Below are positions 22,589 to 33,442 of a stretch of 64,000 nt of DNA, piece after piece; the stretch's first letter is position 1; every line of letters starts with the position of its first letter. This DNA is from Naegleria gruberi. Its lineage: Eukaryota. The stretch lies in assembly GCA_000004985.1 (NCBI GenBank), contig GG738874.1; one strand, 5' to 3'. Below the pieces are notes generated by a model. It did no database searches, was not told the DNA's origin, and was given only the letters and a program-made list of their open reading frames with translations. The position numbers and the translations under genes were made by a program.

Positions 22589-24265
22589 ATGATAGAAAAT
22601 TACAAAAAAATGTTACAATCAAAAGGCAGTGATTATAGAAGAGGCCATGATGAGCCACCCTTCTCCGATGATGTTTGTTTTCTCATATTAGAATATTTGG
22701 ATTGGAGAGAAATTATCAAAACTTGCTCTTTGATATCTTTGCAGTTTTATACGATTTGTGGAAGAATGAAATATCGAGTTTCTCTGCCTAGATTTAAACT
22801 CACAAGTGATGAGGTAATTAATATGGGAACGTGTAGAACAATTCAAAATGCTACATTTTTGGACATTTCTGGTAACAGTGGTGCCAATGATGAAGCAATT
22901 TCAAAAATCAAATTGGAAGAATTGAAAATATTGAATTTATCATTCAATCCTATTCAAAATCCAGGAATTATATTTGAAAAATTCAAAAACTTGGTTGATT
23001 TGGATATGAGAGGAATAGCACTCGATAGGGAATGTGTCGAAATTATTTCAAAATGTGATGAGTTAAAACTCTCTACATTTAGCTTTCAAAAATGTGATAA
23101 TGTTGATGATATTAATCTTTTGTCAAGCAAGGCAATGAAAAATATTACGAGTATCTATTGTGGACCCATTTCAAACGAAGCAATAACTGCCATGTGTCAA
23201 AATATGCGTCTAAAAAAGCTCAAAATATATGGAATCACCAATGCTTCCATTCAAATAATTTCAGAATCAGAAAATATGTCACTTCTTGAAACTTTAGTTT
23301 TATTGAATAATAGGATCGATGGAACAGGACTCCTTTCTATTGCAAACAGCAAATTTTTGAACAATTTAACTGAACTGAATATAGCTGCATGTAATCCAGT
23401 GTTGGATCCTTTCAAAGAATTAATGAAAAGTGAAAATCTGAAAAAATTGAAAACTCTGCAGATCAATAACACCCTTCTCACAAATGAACATGTTAAAGCC
23501 ATTGCACAAAATTTGAGTGAATTAACATGCTTGGAGGTGCATGGCTCAAAGATTAGACAGAATGATATTAAGACCATTTCACAAAGTCCTGCAATGAGAA
23601 ATCTTACTGAATTACGTGTTACCTCTAATAATATTGGTGATGAAGGACTGATATCACTAGCCAATAGCGATAATATAACTGAACTTAGAAGCTTACTATG
23701 TTTTGGAAGCATAATAACCACCGATGCAATTGCTACCATGTGCCTTAGTACTAATTTTGCCAACTTGACAGATATTAGCCTTTCAGAAGTTTCTAATGAT
23801 GGAGTACGATGTCTCACCCAATCCAAACATATTACCAAGCTAGAGAAGTTATATCTATGCAAAGGATCAATTGATGTAAATGGTTGTGAAATGTTATCCA
23901 TGTGTGAAAATTTGGTTAATTTAAAGTTCTTACTCATTGGAAGTAATCCTCTTGGAGATGAAGGTGTTTATGCACTTGTTAATAGCCCATATATTACCAA
24001 ACTCCTTGACTTGGACCTATTCTCTGTTGGTTTGACAGATGAAGGTGTTAAATCAATTGTTCAAAGCAATAATCTAATCCATCTCGAAAAGTTATTTCTT
24101 GCATCCAACAATATAACTGATATTGGTGCTGAGCTACTTGCTGTAGCCTCAAACTTGAAAAAATTGAAAGGACTACATTTCACAAACAATCCAATTACAC
24201 AAGTAGGAAAGGATGCCCTCACTAATAGTATTTCTCTCAAGAGGTGCAATATTAAAGTTCAGTAA
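22589..24265 (+). CDS. F-box plus leucine-rich-repeat (RNI-like) protein
   Basis: 558-aa ORF. An N-terminal F-box (FSDDVCFLILEYLDWREIIKTCSLISLQF) is followed by about 16 LRRs of the L..L.L..N.I.D.G type. Confidence 0.6.
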   Translation: MIENYKKMLQSKGSDYRRGHDEPPFSDDVCFLILEYLDWREIIKTCSLISLQFYTICGRMKYRVSLPRFKLTSDEVINMGTCRTIQNATFLDISGNSGANDEAISKIKLEELKILNLSFNPIQNPGIIFEKFKNLVDLDMRGIALDRECVEIISKCDELKLSTFSFQKCDNVDDINLLSSKAMKNITSIYCGPISNEAITAMCQNMRLKKLKIYGITNASIQIISESENMSLLETLVLLNNRIDGTGLLSIANSKFLNNLTELNIAACNPVLDPFKELMKSENLKKLKTLQINNTLLTNEHVKAIAQNLSELTCLEVHGSKIRQNDIKTISQSPAMRNLTELRVTSNNIGDEGLISLANSDNITELRSLLCFGSIITTDAIATMCLSTNFANLTDISLSEVSNDGVRCLTQSKHITKLEKLYLCKGSIDVNGCEMLSMCENLVNLKFLLIGSNPLGDEGVYALVNSPYITKLLDLDLFSVGLTDEGVKSIVQSNNLIHLEKLFLASNNITDIGAELLAVASNLKKLKGLHFTNNPITQVGKDALTNSISLKRCNIKVQ

Positions 24266-24342
24266 ACAACAAGATAACACTAAAATGACGGTTGACAGTT
24301 TTTTGATTCTTTTTTTAAAAGTCGAAAATCATCAATTAAAAA

Positions 24343-24849
24343 ATGGAGCCAAGTACTGTCATCCCTGAAATCAACGACAAGAATTTTAATGAAAGTTTAC
24401 TTGGACAAATTTCCGAGCCATCAATTTCTAACAATAATCTGGATATTGGAAATGTTTTACCAACATCTGTACCATCAAATTTTCCACAACAAGTTTCTTC
24501 AGCAGTTAACACTACTAATAATAACATCGAGCAAGCCCTAAGAAATCCAATAACACTATTAGTGAAATATATTGATTTGGTCAGTGGAAAGGAATTATAT
24601 TGTACTTTTATGAAAGTGGAAAAGACAACCAATAATATTGAAAATTTGCATGAAACTCTGTTACAGAGATGGAGTGTTAAAGTAGAAGGAAACAATGAGA
24701 GTTCAAATTTTGTCAAGAGAGAAAACATAAGGAAGGTACAACTTAAAGTTGCAGACCGATTCAATCAAGTAACAAACATTGACTTGGATAATCACTTTCT
24801 TAAAGATTATTCCCTTCAAGATTCCGACATGATTCTAGTGCACTTGTAA
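24343..24849 (+). CDS. Hypothetical small protein (N-rich); possible beta-grasp-like C-terminus
   Basis: 168-aa ORF with no recognisable family. Confidence 0.3.
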   Translation: MEPSTVIPEINDKNFNESLLGQISEPSISNNNLDIGNVLPTSVPSNFPQQVSSAVNTTNNNIEQALRNPITLLVKYIDLVSGKELYCTFMKVEKTTNNIENLHETLLQRWSVKVEGNNESSNFVKRENIRKVQLKVADRFNQVTNIDLDNHFLKDYSLQDSDMILVHL

Positions 24850-24901
24850 AATAAATAGTTATTGTTTGTTTTATGAATTTTTTTGTTTATAGGAAAGAAA
24901 T

Positions 24902-25462
24902 TTAAGCACTGATAATCAACTTTGGCTTAGTGGCAGTGAATCTGGTCTTTTGTTGCTTGGCAACCTTCTTCTTCTTCCAGATAGGTGGGAATTGAACATC
25001 AGGAGCAGAGAAAGTGACAATGTGTTCTCTCTTTGGTTCAACAACTTGTTCAGCCTTTCTAACGTGGATGGAGAAGAATCTAGCCATGTGTCTAGAAGCC
25101 ATTTCGTCGTACATTTGCTTGACAGCACCAGAGACGGTAACATCACGATATTCCTTGTACATGTTTCTAATGTTAGATCTGCTGTTATATCTGAGCCAGA
25201 CACCGAAGTTCTTAACCTTTTCTGGGTTGGTTTCCTTGACTTCCTTCATGGAGACGATTTCACCGTTAGCCTTCTTCAACTTGTTGATTCTGCTCATGAA
25301 ATACCAGAAACGAGATCTAGCAATGACCTTGTTTGGAGCAAAGATGTTCATTCTGAAGAGTGGTGGTTTTTCAGAAGAGTTGCTTGGGAGCTTTCTAGCG
25401 ATGATTTCAAAGTGTTGGATTTGAACCTTAGCACCAGAATTGACAACAGATGATTTAGCCAT
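24902..25462 (-). CDS. rpl18a: 60S ribosomal protein eL20 (L18a)
   Basis: Full-length match to eL20: IQHFEIIARKLP, FRMNIFAPNKVIARSRFWYFMSRINKLKKANGEIV, NFGVWLRYNSRS.IRNMYKEYRD, C-terminal RFTATKP. The likely start is MAKSS, with the ATG at 25462. Confidence 0.85.
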   Translation of the reverse strand: MAKSSVVNSGAKVQIQHFEIIARKLPSNSSEKPPLFRMNIFAPNKVIARSRFWYFMSRINKLKKANGEIVSMKEVKETNPEKVKNFGVWLRYNSRSNIRNMYKEYRDVTVSGAVKQMYDEMASRHMARFFSIHVRKAEQVVEPKREHIVTFSAPDVQFPPIWKKKKVAKQQKTRFTATKPKLIISA

Positions 25463-25739
25463 TGTTTTCGACGATTTTTTTTTCAACAAAATTTTTCAAG
25501 TTGTCCACCAAAATAGAATTTTTACAATGGAAATTTTTTACATCAACAATAAAGAAAATTCTTCATTTCTTCCTTTGAACACTTGTTACCGAACATTGCT
25601 ATTTTACATCTTCATCTCAAAATAATGATTACAGATTGTAGAATAAACCATCCAACAACAACAATACATCGGGATGGAAATAGTAGTTGAAAATTAATAG
25701 TAACAATTTATTAGCCCCAACAACAATAACAATTTTAAT

Positions 25740-26853
25740 TCTTCTTCTTTTGTTGAACATTGATGAAAGCATGATCTGGATGCTTCCAACCTAATAAGCC
25801 TCTCCAAATCCACTTGTACAAGTACGGCAACACAAGATATGGCTGATGACATCAATATGACAATTAAATATTAATAATAATTATCATCATACAGGAAGAA
25901 AGAATTTAAATATTAAATTATTGTTAATAATACACTTACCACAGAGATCAAGCACCAATAAGACCAAATCTCATGGAAAACACCAATACTAACCGAGACA
26001 ACCAAACTAATTAACCATCCACTCAAAACACCAATTCCTAACACTCTATTGGAGATGAACCAATCCTTATCATCATGAACTCTAAAGAAGTGAGGCAATA
26101 CTGTAATAAGCAACCAAGTTCCCCAGTGAGGCAAATAACCCCACAGTTGATGATATGGGAACATCCCTATTATCATTTCAATGATCCAAGAAGTAATAAG
26201 AAGTTATGATAAATTTGGAATCTTAGTAAAACCAATTAATTTGAATAATACTTACAGTACAAGTGATTTGGACCTTGATAGGAACACATTGATGATCCAA
26301 CATTTTGAATTGGAATATTATTCACCCTAGATTCAGTTCCATAACCATCGGAAGTAATTTCAACAGATTTTGGAGAGGTACCAAACTTTGTTAATAATTC
26401 ATTGGCACTCATATGATTAGTATTTGGGCCATGTCCCATCATTTGATTGTAACCCATATACAAGGCAATTGTAGAAATAATAAGACAAATCAGGGATGCA
26501 ACAATGGCAAATCTAAAGACCGATCTAGATTTTAAAGTATGGTTAAGACACCAATAGTTTTGAACCAATGGTTGAATCCAAACTAAAAAGTGAGCAACAA
26601 TGGTTAAATTCTTATTACTTTCACTATTACAGGAATCGACTAAACCATAGTAATATTGGAAAAATTGGAGTGCTTCCATGAGAGCATAAGTCAAGTAGAG
26701 GAACACTTGAGAAAGTTGAGCAACTTTCGATTTAGCAGAAGGCAATCTTCTCAACTGGTCCATGGTCATGATAAAACCAAGACATGAGAAGGTAAACGAG
26801 CTTTTCATAGACCAACACATTTTTTCTTTTATTGAAGTAATAAGCATAATCAT
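25740..26853 (-). CDS. Multi-pass membrane protein in 3 or more exons; family not recognised
   Basis: Hydrophobic ORF segments lie at 26853-26236 and 26176-25913, with a further in-frame piece near 25850-25740. They are separated by GT...AG intervals. Confidence 0.35.
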
Positions 26854-27337
26854 GCATCTTCATGAACCTTATCAAATAATCGTTTAGGAAAAGAATTGCT
26901 TATTTATAGATCTTGATTTTACGTTGCATAGCATTTTCATTACCATACTAGATGTTTTAACAGACCTTAAATGTACCATTCAAAATGTTAAAGTTGTCCA
27001 AATGTGATCTTTGTATTATACCGCAAAAAGATACGTTAGTTGCATGTTAACGAAACTGTTGGGAGAGCTTATTGAGGGTCTTAATTATCCAACTAATGCA
27101 AATTCGAAAAAGAACAAACCATTTCTTTGAACCATAATATTATCCTTATTACTAATACACTCTTTAATGAAGGAGGCCCAATAATATTTGGATAAGTGAC
27201 CTCCCAGCAATCAACCCTTGGTTTTCGAAAGTTCGATTCTTTCTCTTCGTTGGCTTGTGTCTGCAAAGATGCAAGTTAATGGAGAACATGGTTACTGTCT
27301 CAAATAATCTTTTTTTTGCATACAATAAATAGTTTAT

Positions 27338-28439
27338 TTAGTTTTTGAAACAATTGAATGAGGAAGCAAGAGCATCATTTCTTCCCAAATTTCCTAATTG
27401 GAAATTATCTTCAATGGTTCTCAAAAGAGAGAAATGGTTATAAGTATTCTTGTCAACTCCTCCAGGTTGAACCATATCACCAATAGCAACAGCATAGATA
27501 TGATTACGGAACATGTAGTCATCTTCATCGAATGTGATGAAAATAAGAGTGCCTTTCATGAATTTTGGATTATTCAATTTAGGTGGCAACCATTGAGCTA
27601 AGTAACTGTACAAATGTTAAATGATTGAACTAGCGGTTGTCAAACTTACTTGTTGGCATAATCGAGTCCAGTATTGTGAGCATCATTATCAATATTTGGA
27701 GTGTAATACATCAAGTTTGGTAAATTTCCAGAAGCAATATCCAAATCCAATTGATCAGAACTGACAATATTCTTACATCTATTTGGATTATTTCTAATAT
27801 TATCAAAGGTCATGAATGGATTGTGTTTTCTATAATACTTCTTATCAGTGCTATATTGAGCAATGAAGCAATTTCCAGTTCCAGAATTTTCCTTTGGATA
27901 ATTTTCTTGATATGATTTCCAAGTCAATCCCTTTAAATTATTTCAGAATGTGAAATATTCCACATCAAAACAACAACATTCGAATAAAAAACTTCAATCA
28001 ATATACAAACCTTTGCTTCCAACAAATCAACAATAGTTGTGGCATTAACATTGACATTACTGTCAGTATTATGTTTAAAATAATCACCAGCAATTTGTGA
28101 TAAATAATTTGGTTGAGAAGGATGAGTAACTCCATAATATTCAGACAACAAGGTTCCAATCTTGGTAGCCACTTGACGGAAATATTCATGCATCATGGTC
28201 AATTCTAATGGTTGATTTTCAAAATTAACAACAAGAATTCTTTCAAAAGTACCAGGCTTTGTTCCATTAGTAGCCTTCACTGATGATGATGATGAAGCAG
28301 CAGCAGAGGCTCCTCTCATCTGAACAGCTCCGTCCACTACCATCATCATCATCATTGCAACCATCAAACAACCAATGATCGCAAAAATAAGTGATTGACG
28401 CATTTTTGGGATGTTTTGCATTTTTTTTTGAATCTTCAT
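27338..28439 (-). CDS. Secreted protein of the phosphoesterase family (acid phosphatase / phospholipase C type, PF04185-like), in 3 exons
   Basis: Signal peptide, then THPSQPNYLSQIAGDYF, ...NDAHNTG... and ...ITFDEDD... blocks. Exon junctions are LLEAK|GLTWKSY (intron about 27928-28007) and DYANK|YLAQWLPP (intron about 27614-27645). Confidence 0.65.
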
Positions 28440-28854
28440 TTTTGTCCTACATTGATTGGATAATTGAGGTGTAGACTTGAAAATTGTTGATGAAGATATG
28501 ATAGTGGATTAGTTGAGGGTGTTTGATTGAAGAAAATGTTAATATTGTTGTTGGATGGAGGTGGAGGGAAGAGGATTGTTCAAATTTGATGATTTGAAAT
28601 TTGGAAGTATAGATTTTTATATTAATCATTTGCACATTTAGTCTTCAGTTATTGAACTATCGAATGTGAATATATTATTAAATTTTGTAAAGAATTGCAC
28701 TAAGGGTTACACATCATTGAAATGGAATACAAAGTCCGCCCTGATTTCACAAAATTGGTCAACAGTTTTAATTTGGAATTTGTTGACAATTTTTCAATCT
28801 CATTTGGTTTAAGTCTCACACGGGTTCACCATTCAAAAAAATATTCGAAACCCA

Positions 28855-29964
28855 ATGTTCAGGTTTTTGTTGATCTTGACTCTTTTCCTCGTCATCATCC
28901 AACAAGCTTTACTTGTTTCAGCTGATTCTTCTTCCATTTCGTCTATCAGTTTCGTCCCAACAAGAGAAGAAACTCTCAAAGAATACACCTTTCCAACACA
29001 ACAACAACCAACATCATCATCCAACACACCACCATTCTTCACTCTTTCACCAACTTCCCAACAACAATGCTCCTGTTCTCAATGTTATTGCAATAATGGT
29101 GGATCATGTCCAAAATCAATTCCAGCTCTTGGCTTTACAATTCTTGCAGCAGAGGAAAATTGTGGCAACAGAAATCAAGTTCCAAGTATTGGTCTCATCA
29201 ATATTCAATCTACATCCGATAGTAATGGATTTAAATACTATCTTGTCGATGAGAATAATAAGAATAAGGCAATGAATCTTCAATCATTTCAGTATTCATC
29301 TTATAAGAGTGAAGATAGAGCAATGACATGTGTTACTGATAATTTGGCACCTGTTAGATATCCTTCAACATTGCCAGGAAAAGCATATTTACTTGTATCG
29401 AGTACAAATTTAGTATTGAATACTGAAGTGAGATATAATATTCAAATGTCATGTGCAGTGCCAGAAGCCAAAACTGTTAAAGTTACTGCTGTGAGTCGTG
29501 ATGGTTCAAAGTATTATGTTGGTAAAAAGATGTCATTTAGATTTGAATTCAAAAATGTTTATGACAATATTGACACTTGGCAGAAAGGAACTTTGAGTTT
29601 TGGTGGATTTACTGGACAAGTCAATCAAGGAGTGGGTAATCTAGATTTTACACCATCTAGTGAGGGTTCTATTTCTCTATCAGTTCTTTATACTCCAGAT
29701 ACTTCTGTTTATGGAAGTGCAAATACCTATAATACTCCTACCATTCAAGTTTCTCAAGCTCCTGTTCCAGATGCAGTTTGGTCTTTATGGGATTGGATTA
29801 TTAGTAATCAGAGGAATGCAATTTTTGCAATTATCATTTTGTGTGGTATTGTAATTGGTGTCGTATTGACATGTTGCATTTGTACATGTATTATTTGTAG
29901 AAGAAGAAGAAATAGAGCTAATAGTGAGGAGAGAGGAATTAAATTGCAAGATGAGGAGGCATAA
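28855..29964 (+). CDS. Type I membrane glycoprotein, Ser/Thr/Cys-rich
   Basis: 369-aa ORF with a signal peptide, a mucin-like S/T/Q region, one C-terminal transmembrane segment (IFAIIILCGIVIGVVLTCCICTCII) and a short basic cytoplasmic tail. Confidence 0.5.
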   Translation: MFRFLLILTLFLVIIQQALLVSADSSSISSISFVPTREETLKEYTFPTQQQPTSSSNTPPFFTLSPTSQQQCSCSQCYCNNGGSCPKSIPALGFTILAAEENCGNRNQVPSIGLINIQSTSDSNGFKYYLVDENNKNKAMNLQSFQYSSYKSEDRAMTCVTDNLAPVRYPSTLPGKAYLLVSSTNLVLNTEVRYNIQMSCAVPEAKTVKVTAVSRDGSKYYVGKKMSFRFEFKNVYDNIDTWQKGTLSFGGFTGQVNQGVGNLDFTPSSEGSISLSVLYTPDTSVYGSANTYNTPTIQVSQAPVPDAVWSLWDWIISNQRNAIFAIIILCGIVIGVVLTCCICTCIICRRRRNRANSEERGIKLQDEEA

Positions 29965-30093
29965 TAATATGTAGGATGAAATAAAGATATCTATTCGAAT
30001 GTATCTTTGAGATTGTGTTGAACTATTAATAAGTTAAACTTTGACCAAGTTCAATAGTTCTTTACAAAGTTCAAAAAAAAAAACACAAAACGA

Positions 30094-30330
30094 ATGCCTC
30101 AACAATTATTTATTAAAACCTTGACCGGAAAGACACTCTCTGTTGTAGTTGAATCACATGATACAGTTGAGAATATGAAATTTCAACTTGAAGAAAATGA
30201 GGGAATTTGCTGGGATGCTCAACGATTAATTTGGTTAGGAAAGGAGTTGGAGCATGGAGTACCGGTTAGGGATATTAATTTTAGCAAAGAAACTACCTTG
30301 CATTTGGTTTTATCTCTGTGGGGTGGTTAA
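30094..30330 (+). CDS. Divergent ubiquitin-like protein of 78 aa ending LSLWGG-stop
   Basis: [78 protein letters not shown] aligns with ubiquitin from end to end. L8, the I44/G47/K48 context and H68 are kept. R72 and R74 are replaced by S and W. Confidence 0.7.
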   Translation: MPQQLFIKTLTGKTLSVVVESHDTVENMKFQLEENEGICWDAQRLIWLGKELEHGVPVRDINFSKETTLHLVLSLWGG

Positions 30331-30426
30331 AATGTTGGTGACAATTTTCTATTCGAAACCTTTCCTCCATGAACTTGTTCTTTGTTGTAAACCAATAAAA
30401 AAAATAGCAAACACATCCCATGGTAA

Positions 30427-30663
30427 ATGCCTCACCAATTGTTCATTAAAACTCTGACTGGCAAACTCATCACCATTGCTGTGGATATGAACGATACAGT
30501 GGAAAATGTCAAGTTACAAATTCAAGATCGGGAAGGAATTTATTGGGATCAGCAAAGGTTGATTTATGCTGGAAAGGATATGGAACATGGTACAACAATG
30601 GGACAATACTGTTTTTATAAAGAAATTTGTATTCATTTGGTGTTGAGATTGAGAGGAGGATAA
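30427..30663 (+). CDS. Divergent ubiquitin-like protein of 78 aa ending LRLRGG-stop
   Basis: [78 protein letters not shown]. About half the positions are identical to ubiquitin. K6, K11, K27, K48, K63, I44, H68 and the LRLRGG tail are conserved. Confidence 0.75.
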   Translation: MPHQLFIKTLTGKLITIAVDMNDTVENVKLQIQDREGIYWDQQRLIYAGKDMEHGTTMGQYCFYKEICIHLVLRLRGG

Positions 30664-30786
30664 GTGTTTTCATCACGAATATGTGGAAGTGCATTAGTTT
30701 TCATTGTGTGAATATTTCAATCAAAGAATTTGGAGAACGAGTTGCTTTTCGAAAATGAAATCATTTGAAATAGTTCATGTTGTAAA

Positions 30787-31452
30787 ATGTTGAATTTGTA
30801 TAAAAAAATGAGTGAATTAGATACAGAGCCGGTAATGATGCCACTGCTCACTCCAATCGGGGAATGTGATTTTGTGATAGAGAAGAGTAAATTGGGGATG
30901 AAGATTATTAATTTATTAGCAGATTTTTCAGAGAGTTTTGTGTATGGAGGATTTGTGAGGGATTTTCTTGTTCGGAGGGAAAAGTTTAATGATTTGGATT
31001 TATTTATTAAAAATTCAAATATTGGTGATGGTGATGATATGGAAAATAATCATAGAGATTCGAAAATTCTAAAAATTAGAAATGAATTTGAGAATAGACT
31101 GAGAGATTGTGAAATGGAAATTGTTTCAATGAAGAATAATAGAGAAACAGTTGACTACTTAATTAAATTTGAAGGGGATTTATTGGAATTGAATGTAATT
31201 TATGAGGATATTGAGAATGATGTTCCAGATTTTGATGTAAATAATTTAAAATTTCAAAATGGAAACATTTCTCAAAGAATTCCTATGGAAAATTGTACAG
31301 TAAATGGAATAGTGGAAAATATTATGAAGAAACAGTGTATTTTATTGGATGAAACATTGGTGAAAGATGAAACTAATTACTACATTAGAAGGAGAATTAA
31401 AAAGATGCAAAAGAAGGGCTGGTTGGTAATGAACATTCCAAACACTAATTAG
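30787..31452 (+). CDS. Minimal class-II (CCA-adding / poly(A)-polymerase head-type) nucleotidyltransferase-like protein, 221 aa
   Basis: FVYGGFVRDFLVRREKFNDLDLFI matches the GGxVRDxLLG...KDxDxx catalytic motif. About 80 aa downstream, PDFDVNNLKF resembles the RDFTINAL motif B. The neck, body and tail domains are absent. Confidence 0.5.
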   Translation: MLNLYKKMSELDTEPVMMPLLTPIGECDFVIEKSKLGMKIINLLADFSESFVYGGFVRDFLVRREKFNDLDLFIKNSNIGDGDDMENNHRDSKILKIRNEFENRLRDCEMEIVSMKNNRETVDYLIKFEGDLLELNVIYEDIENDVPDFDVNNLKFQNGNISQRIPMENCTVNGIVENIMKKQCILLDETLVKDETNYYIRRRIKKMQKKGWLVMNIPNTN

Positions 31453-31867
31453 AGAGATTGGAAAGAGTGATCTCCTCAAACTAATGTGGTTAGCAATTTA
31501 TTCTTTGACAATTATTTACCATCAAATTGTGTCAAACCAAACAAAACACCTTCAATTTAAAAGCCTTCTAAAAGTACTGTGTCAATTCAATATTAATCAA
31601 CTCTATTTTCAATGAAAACAAATGGTATTTCTTGATGTAAAATTTTGTAATTGTTATTTGAATGGAAAGACAGCTTCCGATTTCCGTTGTTGTAACCAAA
31701 TCTTACTGCCACCTTATTAAAACACGTGTTTAAAACATTGTTAGGTGCAACATTGAGATGAACATTTATTCGATTACTTTGAAGAAATTCAAAAGTTCCC
31801 AAAACTAATTTAAAAATTCATTATTGACTAAAAAAAATAAACACCAAGTTCCCATTCTGAAAAAAAA

Positions 31868-32812
31868 ATGCCAGAAAATAGTATTGATAGCACTCGTCTT
31901 GTTACCCTTCTCTTGGATGACTTTAATGATGAGAACAAGAATAATTATTTATTTTCCAAATTGAAGGAAACAATGCAGAGAAAACTTTTATTGTCAACCG
32001 AGAAATGGCTCCACTCTGTTGTCATTGACATTAATGGAAATTTTGATCGTTTCATTACTGATATTCATCACCCGAATCATTCCTTGTTGTGTTTTAGTCC
32101 AAGAGCTCTCAAATTTCACACTGAAAACAATGAAGCTGTTATCAAAAGATATCATCACAAGACAGGAGATCAATGGATTCATCCACAGCATGGTGTTTTA
32201 TTCGAAGGAGGGTATTTAAGTAATTCTTCAGTTCTGTATCCTCCAGTTGAGTTATTTAATCCAACTGGATTTACTGTATTATTGAGGGCATTTGCTGAGT
32301 CAACTGATAGAGGAGTAATAATCATGTTTGGACGAGGATACAGATGGTTTGGTATTGATCCATTTGGAATTAGTTTGAGCAATGGTGAAAAACATTTCGA
32401 GTTTGCAAATCAATTGAAATTAAGACAGTGGAATGATGTGTGGGTTTCGTATAATAATGTACAATCTCCTGGCACATTTAATGAATCATGTCGTGTCTTT
32501 ACTCACAAGAATTCGAATACAAAGAAGGAAATATTTTGCATTGTGAATGGAAATGAATACCAATTTGAAGTTCCAATCGATAATAGGGTTCTTTCTCTAA
32601 CAGATAATTATTATATAGAAGATGAAATGGGAATGGAATTTATTGATTATTCATGTGCTAATTGCTTTACAGGGTTTTTCTCCAGTTTAGTTTTATTCAA
32701 TCAAAGTTGTAATAGTTTTGATGACTTGAAATTGGTTGCCTCAAACTTTTTGGAAAATCATTCCAAACCAACTGAAACCTATCAAGAAGTATTAAAAGAT
32801 AAATCCAACTAA
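31868..32812 (+). CDS. Hypothetical protein; possible concanavalin-A-like / LamG beta-sandwich
   Basis: 314-aa ORF. The pattern FTVLLRAFAESTDRGVIIMFG...WNDVWVSYNN resembles LamG/pentraxin strands. This is weak. Confidence 0.35.
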   Translation: MPENSIDSTRLVTLLLDDFNDENKNNYLFSKLKETMQRKLLLSTEKWLHSVVIDINGNFDRFITDIHHPNHSLLCFSPRALKFHTENNEAVIKRYHHKTGDQWIHPQHGVLFEGGYLSNSSVLYPPVELFNPTGFTVLLRAFAESTDRGVIIMFGRGYRWFGIDPFGISLSNGEKHFEFANQLKLRQWNDVWVSYNNVQSPGTFNESCRVFTHKNSNTKKEIFCIVNGNEYQFEVPIDNRVLSLTDNYYIEDEMGMEFIDYSCANCFTGFFSSLVLFNQSCNSFDDLKLVASNFLENHSKPTETYQEVLKDKSN

Positions 32813-32863
32813 TCTTCCATTTTTATTTTAATAAAGACATTGAATTCATTGAAAGTAGATGAT

Positions 32864-33352
32864 TTACCAAAGTCCTTCCGAGTGGAATACCAGTAAAAAC
32901 ACTCCACCAATTCCGTATGCATTAATTTCATATTCAGAACCTCCAATATGACATTCGTAATATCTATGATATCTGAAAGCTTGTAATCTTCCAACCTTTT
33001 CACATAATTTCTCTAATTTCTTCATCATTGGCTTATGTTCTTCCGGATAATTAAGTGCTTGACGGTCACTCATTGGTTTATCTTTTTTCATTCCTTCCAT
33101 CCGTGCAATTGTTTCAGTATTCAAAAGTTGTGGAACTTGATGCTGGGGATGACAATAAAGTCGAGTCTCAAGTTTTGACATGTAATCAACTGTTCGATAG
33201 CATGGATTCATCTGTTGAATACTCCACAAATAATTCATTAATTCATTGATTCGTATTGTGTGTAGTTGATGGGCTTGTTGTTGTCGGAATTTTCTAATCA
33301 AAAGTGGAGAAGATTGTAAATCATTGAAAATCAGAACAACACATGATGACAT
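32864..33352 (-). CDS. Hypothetical protein
   Basis: 162-aa ORF with no recognisable family. Confidence 0.3.
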   Translation of the reverse strand: MSSCVVLIFNDLQSSPLLIRKFRQQQAHQLHTIRINELMNYLWSIQQMNPCYRTVDYMSKLETRLYCHPQHQVPQLLNTETIARMEGMKKDKPMSDRQALNYPEEHKPMMKKLEKLCEKVGRLQAFRYHRYYECHIGGSEYEINAYGIGGVFLLVFHSEGLW

Positions 33353-33442
33353 TTTTATGATCTTGTTTTAACTCTTTCGAAAACACAAAACGTTCAATTT
33401 TGACGCTTAAGAAAACAATTTCTTGAGAATCTTTATTTTTTA

